A DNA stretch of 64,000 nucleotides from Setoptus koraiensis (lineage: Eukaryota > Animalia > Arthropoda). The translations under genes and the position numbers were made by a program. The stretch spans positions 20,832,001 to 20,896,000 of the forward strand of contig CM106586.1 in NCBI GenBank assembly GCA_048013815.1. The letters run 5' to 3'. Shown one piece after another: positions 14,584-27,950 of the stretch. How positions within the stretch are numbered: the first letter of the stretch is position 1; every line of letters begins with the position of its first letter. The notes under the pieces are model-generated. The model searched no databases. It had not been told where the DNA came from and saw nothing but the letters and a program-made list of their open reading frames with translations.

Positions 14584-15671
14584 GATAAGTTGTAAATTGA
14601 TCCAAGAGTATCAACGTAATAAAATTATTTTTGTTGAAAGTTAAATGAAAAAGAATATTTACAAAAAAGCCACCGTAGCAACTCATACAACCCTCAAAAT
14701 ACAGTCGTATAGAGTTGGTATAGAGTGAGCGCCAAACTTTTGCATTTTGATGGTTTTGTGGGTGCTGCGATGTTTCGGGGTCACGCGAACGACTTTTTTA
14801 ACTTTTTTTTCTTTATTCTGTAAAGGAAGAGTTCCCCCATCGATCTGGAAAGCTCTCTTTGGTGCACGCCGGGGTTTTCTTAGCGATAATCGCGTTCGAA
14901 AAAAAAAGTTCGCTGAAAAGTGTTATAAGGAAAAAGGGGACGCATCACCGGAAGTTGGAGAGTCATGTCACATCGACTGTCGAACTATGAAATTCACATG
15001 CCTCCCTGAAAAAGTTGAAAAAGGAAACATCGAAGATGGAACACATCCTTTGAGTATGGACTGTCCTATACTGTACCCTTATTAAAACGGTTTTAACATA
15101 CAGATTGGTCCATATCCGAATTCGATATAGGCTCTATCATCATCATCTTTTTCAGATTACATTTCATTGGTGCAATCTTTGCAAATATTTCCTGCTTTCT
15201 TGTAGATCCCGAAGAACATTTAACATCGAATCAGTCTAATTAGTTGTTATCTAATGAGTAGTTGTGCAATAATGAGCAAATATCATCTGAGAGAGGTAAG
15301 CCAATAGAATTTAATCATGAGGTTTACCGGTCCTCTCGATCAAGACGGCCGCGATCAGTTTCATTGCTTTCATCTCAGGGCTTAAAACACTTAATTACAT
15401 ATCGAGAAGGTCCAATATTATCGCTGGACGGTTTGTCGAGTTGATTTGACAACTAATAGACTCAAAGACTCATCATCACAGCAAAACAGTAGCTTGAATA
15501 TTATCAATCTTTTAAAGATAAAATATCAAGACGAGAAATAGTTTTATGCATGATGGACAAGAGTGAGTTAAAATCTTTTATTCAATTTCATAGAATTCTT
15601 TCAATTTCTAACATGAGACATAAGCTCCATATAGAAGTTTTTCGTATATATTGATAACTATTCATTTCTTA

Positions 15672-18600
15672 TTACAGATCCATGGTTTCATCGAGCATTT
15701 TCTTGTATTCATTCAGATGCACGCGTTTACTGCCAGTAGCCGTAGATGCTGAGACTGGCCGACCGGCGTATTTTAGGGATTTGTTGAGATCCAGATGATT
15801 GATGACACAGTCAAAGTGGGGCCATAAAAATGACCAATATCCTTGGTTTTTATGCTCTTCCTGCGCCCAACATATTTCTTGAGCGTCTCCGTATTTCAAC
15901 AGTTCTTCCTTGACAAGATCGAACGGGAAGGGCGCTAACTGCTCTAAACGAATGATCGCAATTTCGTTTTCCAAATTTCTTGTTGCACGCTCTTTGGCTA
16001 TATCATAGTAAACTTTTCCGGAGCAGAATATAACTTTTTTCACTCGATTAGCTTGTTTTTCACACTCTGGATCGGGTATGAGACGTTTAAAATGAGTACC
16101 TTCAGTTATTTCATCAAAATTGGATCGAACGTCAGGATGACGTAAAAGAGATTTCGGAGTGAAAACGATGAGCGGTTTTCTGAATGGCAATGCCACCTGG
16201 CGTCTCAGCACGTGAAATATGTTAGCAGGAGTTGAACAATTAACAATTAGCATGTTTGTGTCGTGTAATTGATGCATTGCGAAGTTTTCATCCATATCCG
16301 GCATCTTGTCATAGCATGAATTTGTCAGCTGCAAAAATCTTTCTGGTCTTGCACTTGAATGCTCTGGTCCCATGCCTTCCATACCATGAGGCAGCAGCAT
16401 AACTAAGCCACTTTGTCGCACCCACTTAGCTTGGCCACTGCTAACAAATTGATCGATTATACATTGAGCTGTATTCATGAAGTCGCCAAACTGAGCCTCC
16501 CATATGACTAAGGCATTCGGATTTGTCATAGAGAAGCCCAATTCGAATCCTAAAACACCATACTCCGATAGAGAACTATTGCTTACAGTGTAAGGTGCTT
16601 GATCGGGCCATAAATGACATAGTGGTCGGTACGTGGTTTTGTCAATCGTTTGATGGTGGAGAACATGATGTCTATGACTGAATGTTCCTCTTTCAACATC
16701 TTGTCCACTCAGTCTAACATGAGTGCCTTCTTTAAGTAGTGATCCGAAGGCCATAGCTTCCGCTAGAGCCCAATCGAATTTTCTAGATGAAACCATGTCC
16801 ATTCTAGATTTTAAGACCCTTCTCAAACCTGGATGAATATTAAAATTGCCTGGAGGGGGTGAGCTGAATACCCGTCCAACGTGATCTAGTATGCTCTCTT
16901 TGACTCCGGTAGGAGGACACACATACTGGTCTCTAGTATCAAAGAAACCCTTCCAAGGTGAATCGAGCCAATCTTTGTTGAAGAAGGTTGTGTCGCTCTC
17001 TGCGTTTTTATAGGCCTCTTGTAGAATATTTTCGTATTTGTTCTTAACATCTTCTATCTCTTCTTTGTCGACAATACCCTCATCTAATAATTTCTTTGAA
17101 TACTTATCCATGACAGGTACTTGTTTTCTTATTTTGGTGTACATAATCGGTTGGGTGAACATGGGTTCATCAACCTCATTGTGTCCATTGCGACGATAAC
17201 AGACTAAATCAATAACACAGTCCTTTCCAAATCTTTCTCTCCATTCTGCAGCAACATTGCATACGTGGACGACCGCTTCAGGATCATCTGAATTAACATG
17301 AAATATAGGTGCACCAACGACACGAGCTACGTCAGTACAGTACGGAGATGATCTAGCAACACGTGGGTCTGTGGTGAAACCGATTTGGTTGTTAACGATG
17401 ATGTGTATAGTTCCATGTGTTGAATAATCCGGAAGGTCACTCAAGTGAAATGTTTCATAAACGACTCCTTGGCCTGAACAGGCAGCGTCACCGTGTAACA
17501 ATATACTCATGACCTTTTTACCTTGGACATCGCCTCGATAAAATTGTTCTGCTCTGGTCTTTCCTTGAACCACGGGATCAACAGCTTCTAAATGGGAGGG
17601 GTTCGCAACAACCGACAGTTTTATGTTCTTGTTGGTCACACGGTTAACTCGCTCAAGACACAAACCTAAATGATATTTCACGTCGCCTGACCCTTCGTCT
17701 GCTGGTGCAAGTCCACTAAATTGCGCAAAAATATCCTCAAGCGGTTTACGACACACATTCGCAATGACGTTGAGTCTACCTCTATGAGGCATACCCATGT
17801 TGAAACTTTCAACGCCCAATTCACTAGATCTATCTATTACTGTTTTCATTGCCGGTATCAACACTTCACAACCTTCAAGTCCGAAACGTTTCTCTGATGA
17901 CCATTTTTTAGCTAAAAATTCTTCAAATTTGTGAGACCTCACCAATCTTGCTAGCAGAACGCGCTTCTGTTCTTTCGTCAAGTCTGCGATTCCAGGTGTT
18001 TCGAAATGTTCCTTCAGCCAGAACAATTGCTCTGGACTACTAATGAACATATATTCAACACCAATGGTTGAACAATAAGCGTTTTCCAGTCGTTTCAATA
18101 TTTCTTGCAATGTTAGTACAGACTGATTACCGCCGATATAAGTGCTCTCAGGTAATTTAAAGTTCCTAAACATATCTTCGTTTTTCAATTTGAAATGTCG
18201 CAAAACAATCTCCGGTTTATTGGGCAGACCATCTTTTACTGGTGAGTATATATTAGCTGGTTTTAAATTTAACGGATCTAGGTTGGCAGCTAAATGTCCG
18301 CGCATTTGATAGGCCCGAATGATAGCCTGCACTGAAAGATGATCATCGATCTCTCTCAGGCCAGATATATCGTCGCCTTCTTGATGGTGAGTTTTGGTTC
18401 TCTGATGTAAAGATTGCTGCAATTGCTGTTGCTGATTTAGCGTCGAGTCTAGTTCCTCGTCTTGCTCCTCATTTCTAAAGTATTCGTCCCATGATTTGTG
18501 TACGGAGCTAGGATCGGCGAGCCACAATCTGTACATTTCCTCAACGTAAACTAATGATGACCCGTTAACTTGCGTCATCTCCCGACTGAACATACGGGTA

Positions 18601-18859
18601 ATCAAACTGTTGGGCTTGAATACATCGTTGTTGCCGGCATGGTGAGATAACAAGGGTGTTATGCGATGCAATTCGTGTCGAGATTTAGTTAAATGGGCAT
18701 TTAAACCTATTATAGGAAGACGGAATGAGGAAGACAAAACATGGTTATTAGGTAAACTCGTCTACACGTTGATAGTTGAACTTTCAAAGCAATAAAAATT
18801 GTACTATACTTACTGGACCGCAAAGGGGTCATCCCTAGGCAGCTCAATTGGCGAAACAT
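15672..18859 (-). CDS. OGDH: 2-oxoglutarate dehydrogenase E1 component, mitochondrial (exon 1 18859-18814, intron 18813-18707, exon 2 18706-15672)
   Basis: [85 protein letters not shown]. Donor A|gtaagt; in-frame acceptor cctataatag|GT. Confidence 0.96.
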
Positions 18860-19690
18860 TTTCAAGCAAATTCTTGTAATCTGAGCCCGTGAACAAATAT
18901 ATAATAATCAGTAATAATTTATTTAAATAACCTAAAACCAATGACAACAAGGTTGTTCACTCATTGATAGAGACTGTACTGAATGAGTAATACTGTGCGA
19001 GTAGGTCATTCGAGGGATTTTTCATAATTAGTGCGCATTCTCACCTAACTTCTCAGTGCCATTTATCAGCATCTGAGCGCACTTAAAATGAAATATGGTC
19101 ACATGACACAGATCATTCTAGTGTGAATCGAGCCCCCCCGTACAAGATGCTAGCCCCCTCTTTCAATGCCAAATTGCCATTGCCAATGCGCACAGTTCAA
19201 CATAAATCCGCTAGGGGCGCTAATAACGCGCTAAAATACATAACTGAACGCACACAGTGTTCCGCTAAATGTTTCAAGTTGAATCTTTCAACTCTTTCGT
19301 CTCCCTTTATTATCAACTCACCCTTGTGTGCAGATAAACAGATGAGAGCGCACAACTGCTCAAGTGTATTTCTGACGCAACTTCGCATGCAGTCTCACGT
19401 ATTCTGTCGCACAACAGCTGCAAACACACAAACACACAGACGCACAACGCACTAACGTTTATACAGTTGGCTCAAAAAGCAACAGGATAACGTGTACAGT
19501 TGTACGCGGGGGCAAAATCCGATGCAGCCCCTACGCGTCAGCGAGTCTCAACAAATATTCACTGTGATTGCACACTGAACGCACGCAGCACACATGCCAC
19601 AAGCAGTAATCTCGTAGAAAGCGCGTAAGTTGGCGGAAATAATTGAAATTTGTAACGCCGCTCAACGGATAAAATAGTCGTTGGATCACA
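18571..19690 (-). repeat. Segmental inverted duplication, copy 2 (partner 8395-9425)
   Basis: See copy 1. Contains the OGDH promoter, exon 1, the 107-nt intron and the leader; about 90 bp extra near 19530-19620. Confidence 0.95.
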
Positions 19691-20229
19691 GAAAAATTTT
19701 TTGACCGCTCACAAGTTGTCAGTGCGCCGTAAACCTCACTCCGAGTTCGTAGTCTTGCTGTCTATTCACTACGGCGTATGCAGTGCACTGCCAATAATTT
19801 ATGCGGTTCCAATCTCACAATCTTGTCAGAAGAATTCCCATTTTATTCATGTCAAAAACTGCCATATCACAGTTACATGAGGTCATTAGTCACCATGAGT
19901 ACACCAGAAACTTGACTATTTCTAGGTATCCTTTGCTAATAATTTAGCTAAGACCAATGAACCCGTTTGAAGATCAGCTTGCTCCTGATATCGACAATAG
20001 ATTATGTAACACAATTTGTGTCAGATTGTTCAAACTACGCGCCGTCTATTCTCACGCCATGTCTTATTTTCATGACATGTAGACATGCAGAAAGAATTCA
20101 ACACCTGCACGTGTCGCTACTACTTTCCAAAACGGACTTCATCGGTGCTCAATGAAGTGTCCAATTTATTTAGCAAACAGAAAATAATAGTTAGTTAACT
20201 GTTTCAATCGAATGGTAACAACTGAAGCT

Positions 20230-20827
20230 ATGCCTAAGTTTGCATTGGAAGTGAACTGTAGACTGGAGAATGTCACCGACCTCAAGCCTGGTGATACAGA
20301 CGATCATGATTACAGATTCAAATTCTTGTGTTCTAATTGCGGAGAAAAGTCCCTGACGTGGCAAACAGTCAATTTAAATGTAAGTTTCCAACTAGTTGAA
20401 GTGTGAAATATGATTAAATTGTTTCAAAATACACCCTGTGTGACTCATTAATGTGCAAAACATTTCTATTCTACCACTTTCATGATAGAACAAATATGAA
20501 TCTGAGGGCAGTCGAGGTGAAGCTAACTACTCGGCCAAATGTAAGAACTGTTCTAGACAGCAGACATTAACCATGATAGAGGGATCTTCACAAGCCTATA
20601 CAGACCTTGACAGCGAAAAATTTAAAGCTATACTTGTGATTGATTGTCGAGGAATGGAACCTATCGACTACAGTCCAACTAATGACATGGTATGCCAATC
20701 AACACAGTCATCAAAACTATTTCAATCTGTTAATCTTGAAGACGGCGATTGGGTAGATTATGATGATACCGCCAATGTCTCTGTCGGTATTTATGACATC
20801 GAAAGTCGTTTTGTCAAAATAAAGTAA
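20230..20827 (+). CDS. CZIB: CXXC motif-containing zinc-binding protein (C1orf123/DUF866) (exon 1 20230-20379, intron 20380-20488, exon 2 20489-20827)
   Basis: MPKFALEVNCRLENVTDL...CSNCGE...|NKYESEGSRGEANYSAKCKNCSR...DCRGMEPIDY...DWVDYDD...VGIYD matches the family pattern; phase-0 GT-AG intron. Confidence 0.88.
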
Positions 20828-22277
20828 CGACGGATGCACATGCGTGGAAGTGCGAGCGTGTTGCAATATAGCGTTTACCTTCTATAGGTGAGGCACCATA
20901 GCCACAATGACGAAATGATAACTCTGGAAATGAGCCACACCCTCGGTGTAGGATGTAACATCTCAAAGGCTCGGTACTTTGAAACTTTCTAGTTCAGCAC
21001 GCATTCTCTGGAGAGGCCATATATGAGTTGGTAAAAGGTTACGCGAGTCCACTGGTACTTGTCGCTTTTGTTCTCTCGGTCCAAAATCGAATCTTTCTGT
21101 GATCGAAATTTCTTCAGTTTTCAATTTGAAAGTTCGTCCGGCGATCTCTCATCTGTAGGCTATTTCTTTGAGATAGCTGATTTTAAACTCAATGGATTCA
21201 GATGTCGAGCTCTTGTTAGTAGAGAGACAACCATTGATCTATCCCCATGACTAGGATCTTGCTGAACATATTTTAGCGATTGTAGAACCACTTAAAGGCC
21301 ATATTTACATCACTCGAGCGACAGCTCGACAATTCCGTTTTGTGTGGGTGTTACAATCAACTAATTTCAATTCCACCATGAGATTGTTACGAATGAGCTA
21401 CGATGCATATCGCGCTGGGCACACACCCATCATTACACCTTATTCGCTGTCTTTTTGTCTTCAATCGGGCCGTAGTTAGAAGTGGGTATCCTCGGATATC
21501 TATTGAATTCAACGGATGTCCATGGGCATCTCTATTCATTCATGTTTATTCAAGAGATTCAAACGACGAATATCACATATGAATAGTCATTTCGTGGATA
21601 CTGAGCCCGAGGGTTATTCATGCTATCCACATTCATACATTGTAACTGACCGTTAGTGCCTGTGTCAACGGTCTCCATATCAAAATTTGTACGAATTGTT
21701 TTCATGTTATCAAATGTTATTGCAGCGAGTATGAGAGGAACATGCAAGGGAGCGCCATATTGCTCTTTATTAAATCATCTGCATACAATCATGTCATTGT
21801 GCAACAATCTGAATTTCACAGCTTTCGCGTTTTACAAGGCGTTAACAACGCCTCTAGTTTTGCTTCGAATTTAGAGTTATTTGTAGTGAAAAGAGAATAA
21901 AATGGTAAAATGGTTGATATTCACCACGCGATTGGTCAGCATTTCCGTTTACACCCGTCTTGTGATAAATACTCAGATGAATATTCATCAAGTATCCACT
22001 CATGAACTATTCATCAATTAAAAATATTCGAATCTCGCGCACATTTCTTCTGAGATAATGTGCTTCGTTTCAATGTTCTGTACTGACACACACCTCATAT
22101 TGAATAGTTGAATAATATTACTGATATCATGTATTATTTCATTAATCAAATATATATTGATTTACAAAAGCAACAGAATTAATAATAGCAACAATAGTAG
22201 GAGCTATAGCAACAAAAATCACACTGACAATAACAAGACCGAACCAGTCGACTCGTTTTTCTCAGGAAAGTTTCAAG

Positions 22278-24655
22278 ATGGGCAAATTTATACCTATCAT
22301 AAAAAAGGATAATGTAGCAGACTATTTACCTGAAATTGAACCAGACGATGCAATATTGGAATGCCCCTCATTAGTGACGCCATTACTCATCATGAAAGCC
22401 AACATTTGGCCTCCCAAAGCTCCGCCTGAGGACGAAGGGTCGGCAAAAGAGACTGTTGCGCAAAATGAACAGCAAGTACAACAAGAACCTACAAGCAAAA
22501 TTACAAATAGCCTTGTAAGAGCTACCACAGTGGCCAGTCTAACAAACCCTCACCAGATTAAGCCCATACTGGCCATACCTGACTATCATAGATCATCTGC
22601 AGGATCTTTTCTTATTGGTCTAGGAGTCAGTAGAGCAAATGAATGGATTATCAAAGATAACATCAGAAAAACCAAGCGTGCTATCAGAAAAGAAGAGAAT
22701 TGCTCTGATTTCATCGCAGAGCTCGAACGTCTAAATGATCAGTTGCGCCAAACTGTAACTAACAACAAGCCTTTTACTTTTTCGTTGATCAAATGTCCGC
22801 GCTGTGAGTTTAAAACAGAATCTCCAGTTGTTCTAGAAGGTCATATGAACTATCCTCACGTAACTCCTAAACGCGAGTATACGTGCAATTGGTGCGTTTT
22901 TAAAACCAAAGACGCTAAACAAATGACTTTCCATAATCATCTCACTCATAGGAGAAGATGCTATATTGACCCACCAATGCAATTGCATGAGTGTCCTTAT
23001 TGTCCTTATGAGTCGAATTCGAAGGCAAAATCTTTGTCTCACATAGCTAGGTGTTTGAAAACATTTTCAGAATCTAGGAATCAAGCAACATTAGATGAAA
23101 CAGATTATCCCGCCGTGACTTCAAAACCTATCAACAAAGAAGACGTAAAGATTTACGAAGAAACTCTTCAAGCCATCCGATTAGCTGCCTATAATCCAAA
23201 TCAACATATGTTACCTGGTCACTCATTGCAATCTGGACCTCAGAAACTGCTTGTTGTTCCAAGAGCAACGGTCAATAATCACAGCTTTATTTCAACAAGT
23301 AATGCTGACGGATTACTGAGCCAGAATGTTGGAAGTGTCTCAAATGGAGAACCATTTCGTATCATTGGAGGGAAGATAGGTCAAAATGTTGCAACTTACT
23401 TGTCTAAAAACTATCCTAGGAGGCCTCCATCCAATTCTGTTCCAATCATCAGTTCCTGTAAGTATGAGTCTGCTACTCTTTTACTAAATTTTTTACCTGA
23501 TATAATGACTGACTTAATCATTGTTGTCCACCCCCTATCACAGTGCCTGGATCGTCGGCGCAGTTATTACAAATGTTCGCACCTAGCAAAAATACTATCA
23601 ATAAAAGTGGCAACCTTAACATTCTACAGCATCCTAGGGTCAAACCATCTAATTTCAATAATGCCAGGTCCTTGTTGAATGCCAATGCATCACTAATGAT
23701 GCCTCCCAAGAGTAGCATCATAAATGACCAAATGAGCTTAGCTAGAAAAGTTCCATACAATTCTAAATCATCACAGAATCTGAAAGAAACCATGTTAATA
23801 AAACAGAATACTAATGATCCAACGGCGCCTGTGAATTTTATGAACAGCAATATACACCTATCAGCTTCGAAGAGCGCTACATTCGTCATTTGTGAGATTT
23901 GTGACGGCTATATCAAAGATCTTGAGCAATTGAAGACTCACATGCAATGGATTCATAAGGTAAGGGTGAAGTTCTAACTGCTAACATAAAACATTTGAAG
24001 AAGTGTCCATTCTGATGATTATTTATCCACCACCCTTCGACTACCATATAGGTGAAAATACATCAGAAGATGCTAGAGTCTCGACCGCCTTTGAACTGTC
24101 AAAAGTGTCAATGGAGGTTCTTCACCGATCAAGGTTTAGAACGTCACTTATTGGGGGCTCATGGATTAGTAACCTCCAACATGCAGGAACAAGTAGAACA
24201 AAATACAGACTCTGGACGGTGTACCGTGTGTGGTAGAGCTTATGCTAACAAATTAGTCCAACACATGAAAGAGGTAACTATTTGACCTGTACATTCAACC
24301 TGTACGCTACACAATAATTGACTCGAACATGAGTTTTGACACTTCTTCTTCATTACTCTTACATCATGTATCATCTTAGGTGCACAAATCGAACCTCAAG
24401 CCAGCTCACCTCTCGTACAAGTGTACAGTATGCTCAGCAACTTTCAACTTGTATAGATTATTTGAAAATCACGTGTACAGTGTTCATAGCGACAGTGTAA
24501 AGCGATCAAGCAACGAAACTGAGGTTAAAAATCCAACAGCCACCAAAAAAACAAAAGTTGATTTTTCAAAGAATGCGTCCGTGGCCGCGGTAAATGCCGT
24601 TATTGCTGACCGCCAAAACGATGCAAATAGTAATAACATTCAAGCTACTGTTTAG
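22278..24655 (+). CDS. MEP-1: C2H2 zinc-finger protein MEP-1 homolog (NuRD/Mec-associated); exons 22278-23457, 23544-23959, 24052-24273, 24380-24655
   Basis: ICEICDGYIKDLEQLKTHMQWIHK|VKIH...RPPLNCQKCQWRFFTDQGLERHLLGAHGLVTS...KPAHLSYKCTVC matches insect MEP-1 as recalled. Three frame-preserving GT-AG introns. An acceptor (ttctcag) just before the ATG suggests further upstream exons. Confidence 0.85.
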
Positions 24656-25013
24656 CTGTGATGACAATGAATCTTTGAGTATATTAATTGTTAAATCAAC
24701 TCGACGAAGTCCCAATCGATAATGTTAGACCTTCTCAATATGTGATTTTAGGCCAATGTAATGAAATTAACGAGATTGATTGCGGCTATCTTGTTCAAGG
24801 GGATCGCTTCATCGAATCTTTGTTGTCAAGTCGCCGTGGAAACTATATGATTAAATTTTATTCGCTTGTGTGTCTCAGATCATATCAAACACTTTGATTG
24901 CGAACATTTCTTCATTATTGCATAAGTACTCAGTACCATACAACCGATTTGATTTTGCTGACATAGTAATCGCAACACAAATATAAACGTACCTCGAATC
25001 ATGCTGATTATCA

Positions 25014-25959
25014 CTAGTAATTTTCATCATCATACTCATCATCGTCATCGTCCATATCGTAACCTAAATCGTCTACATAAAATTCATCTATATCTGAGTT
25101 CCTAGTTTTGTGCTGAATACAGTACTCTTCCAAAGTTGTTGGTACTACTACATTGTCTTTGTCAGCTTCCGCCCTGCTAGCTGCGACTTGTTTCCTGATA
25201 ATATTTTCATACTCTGTATCTTTACCTCCTGACTCTCTCCATTTCCTATACATTACGGAGGCATCAACATTTGCGGGGGAGTATGTATTTGGCTCGTTCA
25301 GAAGGGAGATCACGCTTAATAATACAGTTCTGAGAATCGATATGAAATACAAAATTGGTTGGATAATTAGTTACAAGATATAGGTAATAAATGTGTTGCT
25401 GAAGATATGATGGCGTATGAGATAGAAGAATGACCTGACAGAGTGAAGCAGCTTTCGTGAAAGAACCGAGAGATAGAGTTCTGAGTGTTTAAACGATAAA
25501 CAGTAAATTGTGGTAGAATTTCCTTCAAACTAGACAATGAAATAATGTAACAAAAGCATAGCAGTAGAAGGCGAATTTAGCCAAGCAGGAAAGAGATCAT
25601 TTAGAATGGCTATCTTACCTGACGTTCTGTGTTGGGTTCCATCGTTCGCAGGGTAATTCGCCACTCTGAGGATCATCAATTGGTGGATGTAGTATTGAGA
25701 TGCATAGGTCACCGTTTTCATAAACATTTGGATGCCAGACCTTGGTCAGAAACTTGACTGTAGGAGGCGAGTAAGGATAATCGTGAGGAAATTTCATGTT
25801 GGCTTTAAAGTAGCCACCCTCATATAAGGTAGATGGTGGTCCAAAAATGGCTACTTCCCATTCGAATAAATTGTCCTCATTGACTAATTTGACACGAAAT
25901 CCTTCCACTGGTTCTTCTTGTAAACTTTTCACTTCCAGCATCAAAGTTCTAAGTGCCAT
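25014..25959 (-). CDS. UBE2R2: Ubiquitin-conjugating enzyme E2 R (Cdc34 family) (exon 1 25959-25619, intron 25618-25330, exon 2 25329-25014)
   Basis: LMLEVKSLQEEPVEGF, WHPNVYENGDLCISILHPPIDDPQSGELPCERWNPTQNVR|TVLLSVISLLNEPN and an acidic tail; phase-2 intron. Confidence 0.93.
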
Positions 25960-26067
25960 AGTAATTGATTGACTTAAATAAGGTGATAATTTTTGTAATT
26001 CTCTGAAATAAACAATGACGTTTGTGGCGTAGTAGTCATGATGTTCTAACTACTTTATGACCGCAGA

Positions 26068-26763
26068 TAGGGTGTAATTGGACTTCTTATATACTTTCTG
26101 TGCACTCGCACATAGACATTTTTTTGCGTATGTACTCTGCACACTGCGGCTACAACGCGATTCGTCGAAAGGGCACAAAGTTTGCGCAGGGGGTATAATC
26201 TTTGAAGTTTCACCAGCTTGTGTGTGTTTGTATCCCCCTTCGTCTATGGACATAGTTTTCTCTTCACGGAATCAATAGTGCATTTTTCAAATTCTCGCGG
26301 TATGCGTACACGTATAGCCTGTATACAACTGCTTCGACTGTGCAATGCACTTCGAACATTCGAGACACTGAGCGCACAATATCGACCAAATTAGGCACAA
26401 ACACAATTTTTAGCTTTCTGTGTACAACAACTCGCACAGATAGTATAGGGTGTCCCAGCAAGTGCGTAATTTCTATTGATTATGCTACGCTGCCTTTGAC
26501 AGTATATTTTGCGCTCAACCAGAGATGACGCCATAAATGCACAGTTCGTATGCTTACGTTTATGACGTCGGTGGTGGTTTACTAATTTTGCGAGCACTGT
26601 GCAACATCCACCAGACACATATCAGGCCTAGAAATTGGAGCACAGGCTTTGCAACTCCACACTCTGTGCTGTGTGCCTAACACGGTGCCATACAGACTGC
26701 GTACTTGATATTATCAAGTTGATATAGACAGACCTCTATGGGATGTGAGATTACACCCAGTAC
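26068..26763. promoter_or_regulatory. Promoter cassette copy upstream of UBE2R (left motif 26068-26130, core 26374-26446, right motif 26746-26763)
   Basis: gggtgtaat...atactttctgtgcactcgcacat; a 73-nt core 58/73 identical without gaps to the reverse complement of 48491-48563; gagattacacccagta in the opposite orientation. Confidence 0.7.
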
Positions 26764-27950
26764 AAGATGATGTATGTGATTGAGCATTGATGGCATAAAA
26801 CATTTTCAGTAGTTCAAGTAATAGTATGTCTCTATTATTAGCGGCTGATAAACAATTGACTAGCAAATTTGAATTGGTTAGGAAGAAAGAGAGAAACCTT
26901 GGCAGTAGACAAAATGTTGTTGCACTCTTCGATCGATAAACATGTAGACATTTAATAAGTTTACAGTGGGCGGTACTTCTTGTTAGCCAAGTCGTGCCAA
27001 TAGCCTGACTGCCTAAATAATCATTATCATTGGTAACAAGCCTTTTTCACTATGTGTGAAACTTGTTGACGTGACATAAACCTATTGGGCCTATTAATAC
27101 TGGACATTTATAAGCATTATCATGAACTGAGCACCCTATGGCACAGCTAAATATTAGCCACTTTATTTACTTACTTATTCAAGCAGGCATTTGTAATTTT
27201 CTACAACTCATTCAGCTATGAAAAGTATGTTAAGGAAATGGATTGTAGCCTCATCACTGTCGTTGCCATAGTCGAGTTCACATGATGCCTGCCTTACCAA
27301 AATGGCAAAGCACCGTTTGTTCTGCCTTTCTTTGCAACCTGTCTGTCAAGGTTAGCGAGCTTGATAAAGGTAAAACAACAAAACGCAACGGATCACAATT
27401 GAGCAAGTCTTGTTGTATTGTTGTAAGCTGGTATCGTATCAATTGAAGGAACCTGACTTCCAAGTCTCTATTTTAGCCTACAACTTTCCTCTGCGTTACT
27501 TCCTTGATTCACGGTAATAATCTTTATATTAGAGTGTATTTAGAGATAATGTAAGGTACTACTTGTTACGTGCTCTGGCACAACTAGTAAGCTATCAAGA
27601 AAGTTACAAATCCTAACGGTTTTCTTGCCTTAGAAAGCAACCTTCAACTTGGTCGACGAGCAGAGAAATTTCAAGTTCAAGCTTGAATATTTTGAGCTAT
27701 ACTGAATGGAAAAGCTTGTAACTGTCGTGAGTGACTTGTTTTCACCAGACCATGTCAGGACGCAGAGTTGTAACGAAATACAATTAGACGGATAATACTT
27801 GATTGACAGTGCGTTTTCAACTTATTGATTATTTATTTCATACAGCATGATGAGTAATATAATCGGAGAATATATATTCAAATGACATAGCTAGTGGTGC
27901 ATTATTCAATAATTATTATTTGTCTTTTAAGCATATTCTTGAAAACTTCT

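Noticed and set aside
14700-15090. Intergenic segment with T/A-run symmetry, a terminal hairpin and a 112-aa alternative-start ORF
   Set aside because: No convincing TIR, TSD or Helitron CTRR end; the ORF has no ATG and no motifs.
20963-21238. Minus-strand frame of 91 codons interrupted by a single TGA (possible selenoprotein or pseudogene)
   Set aside because: No start, no known Sec motif and no recognisable SECIS or homology; this length is compatible with chance.
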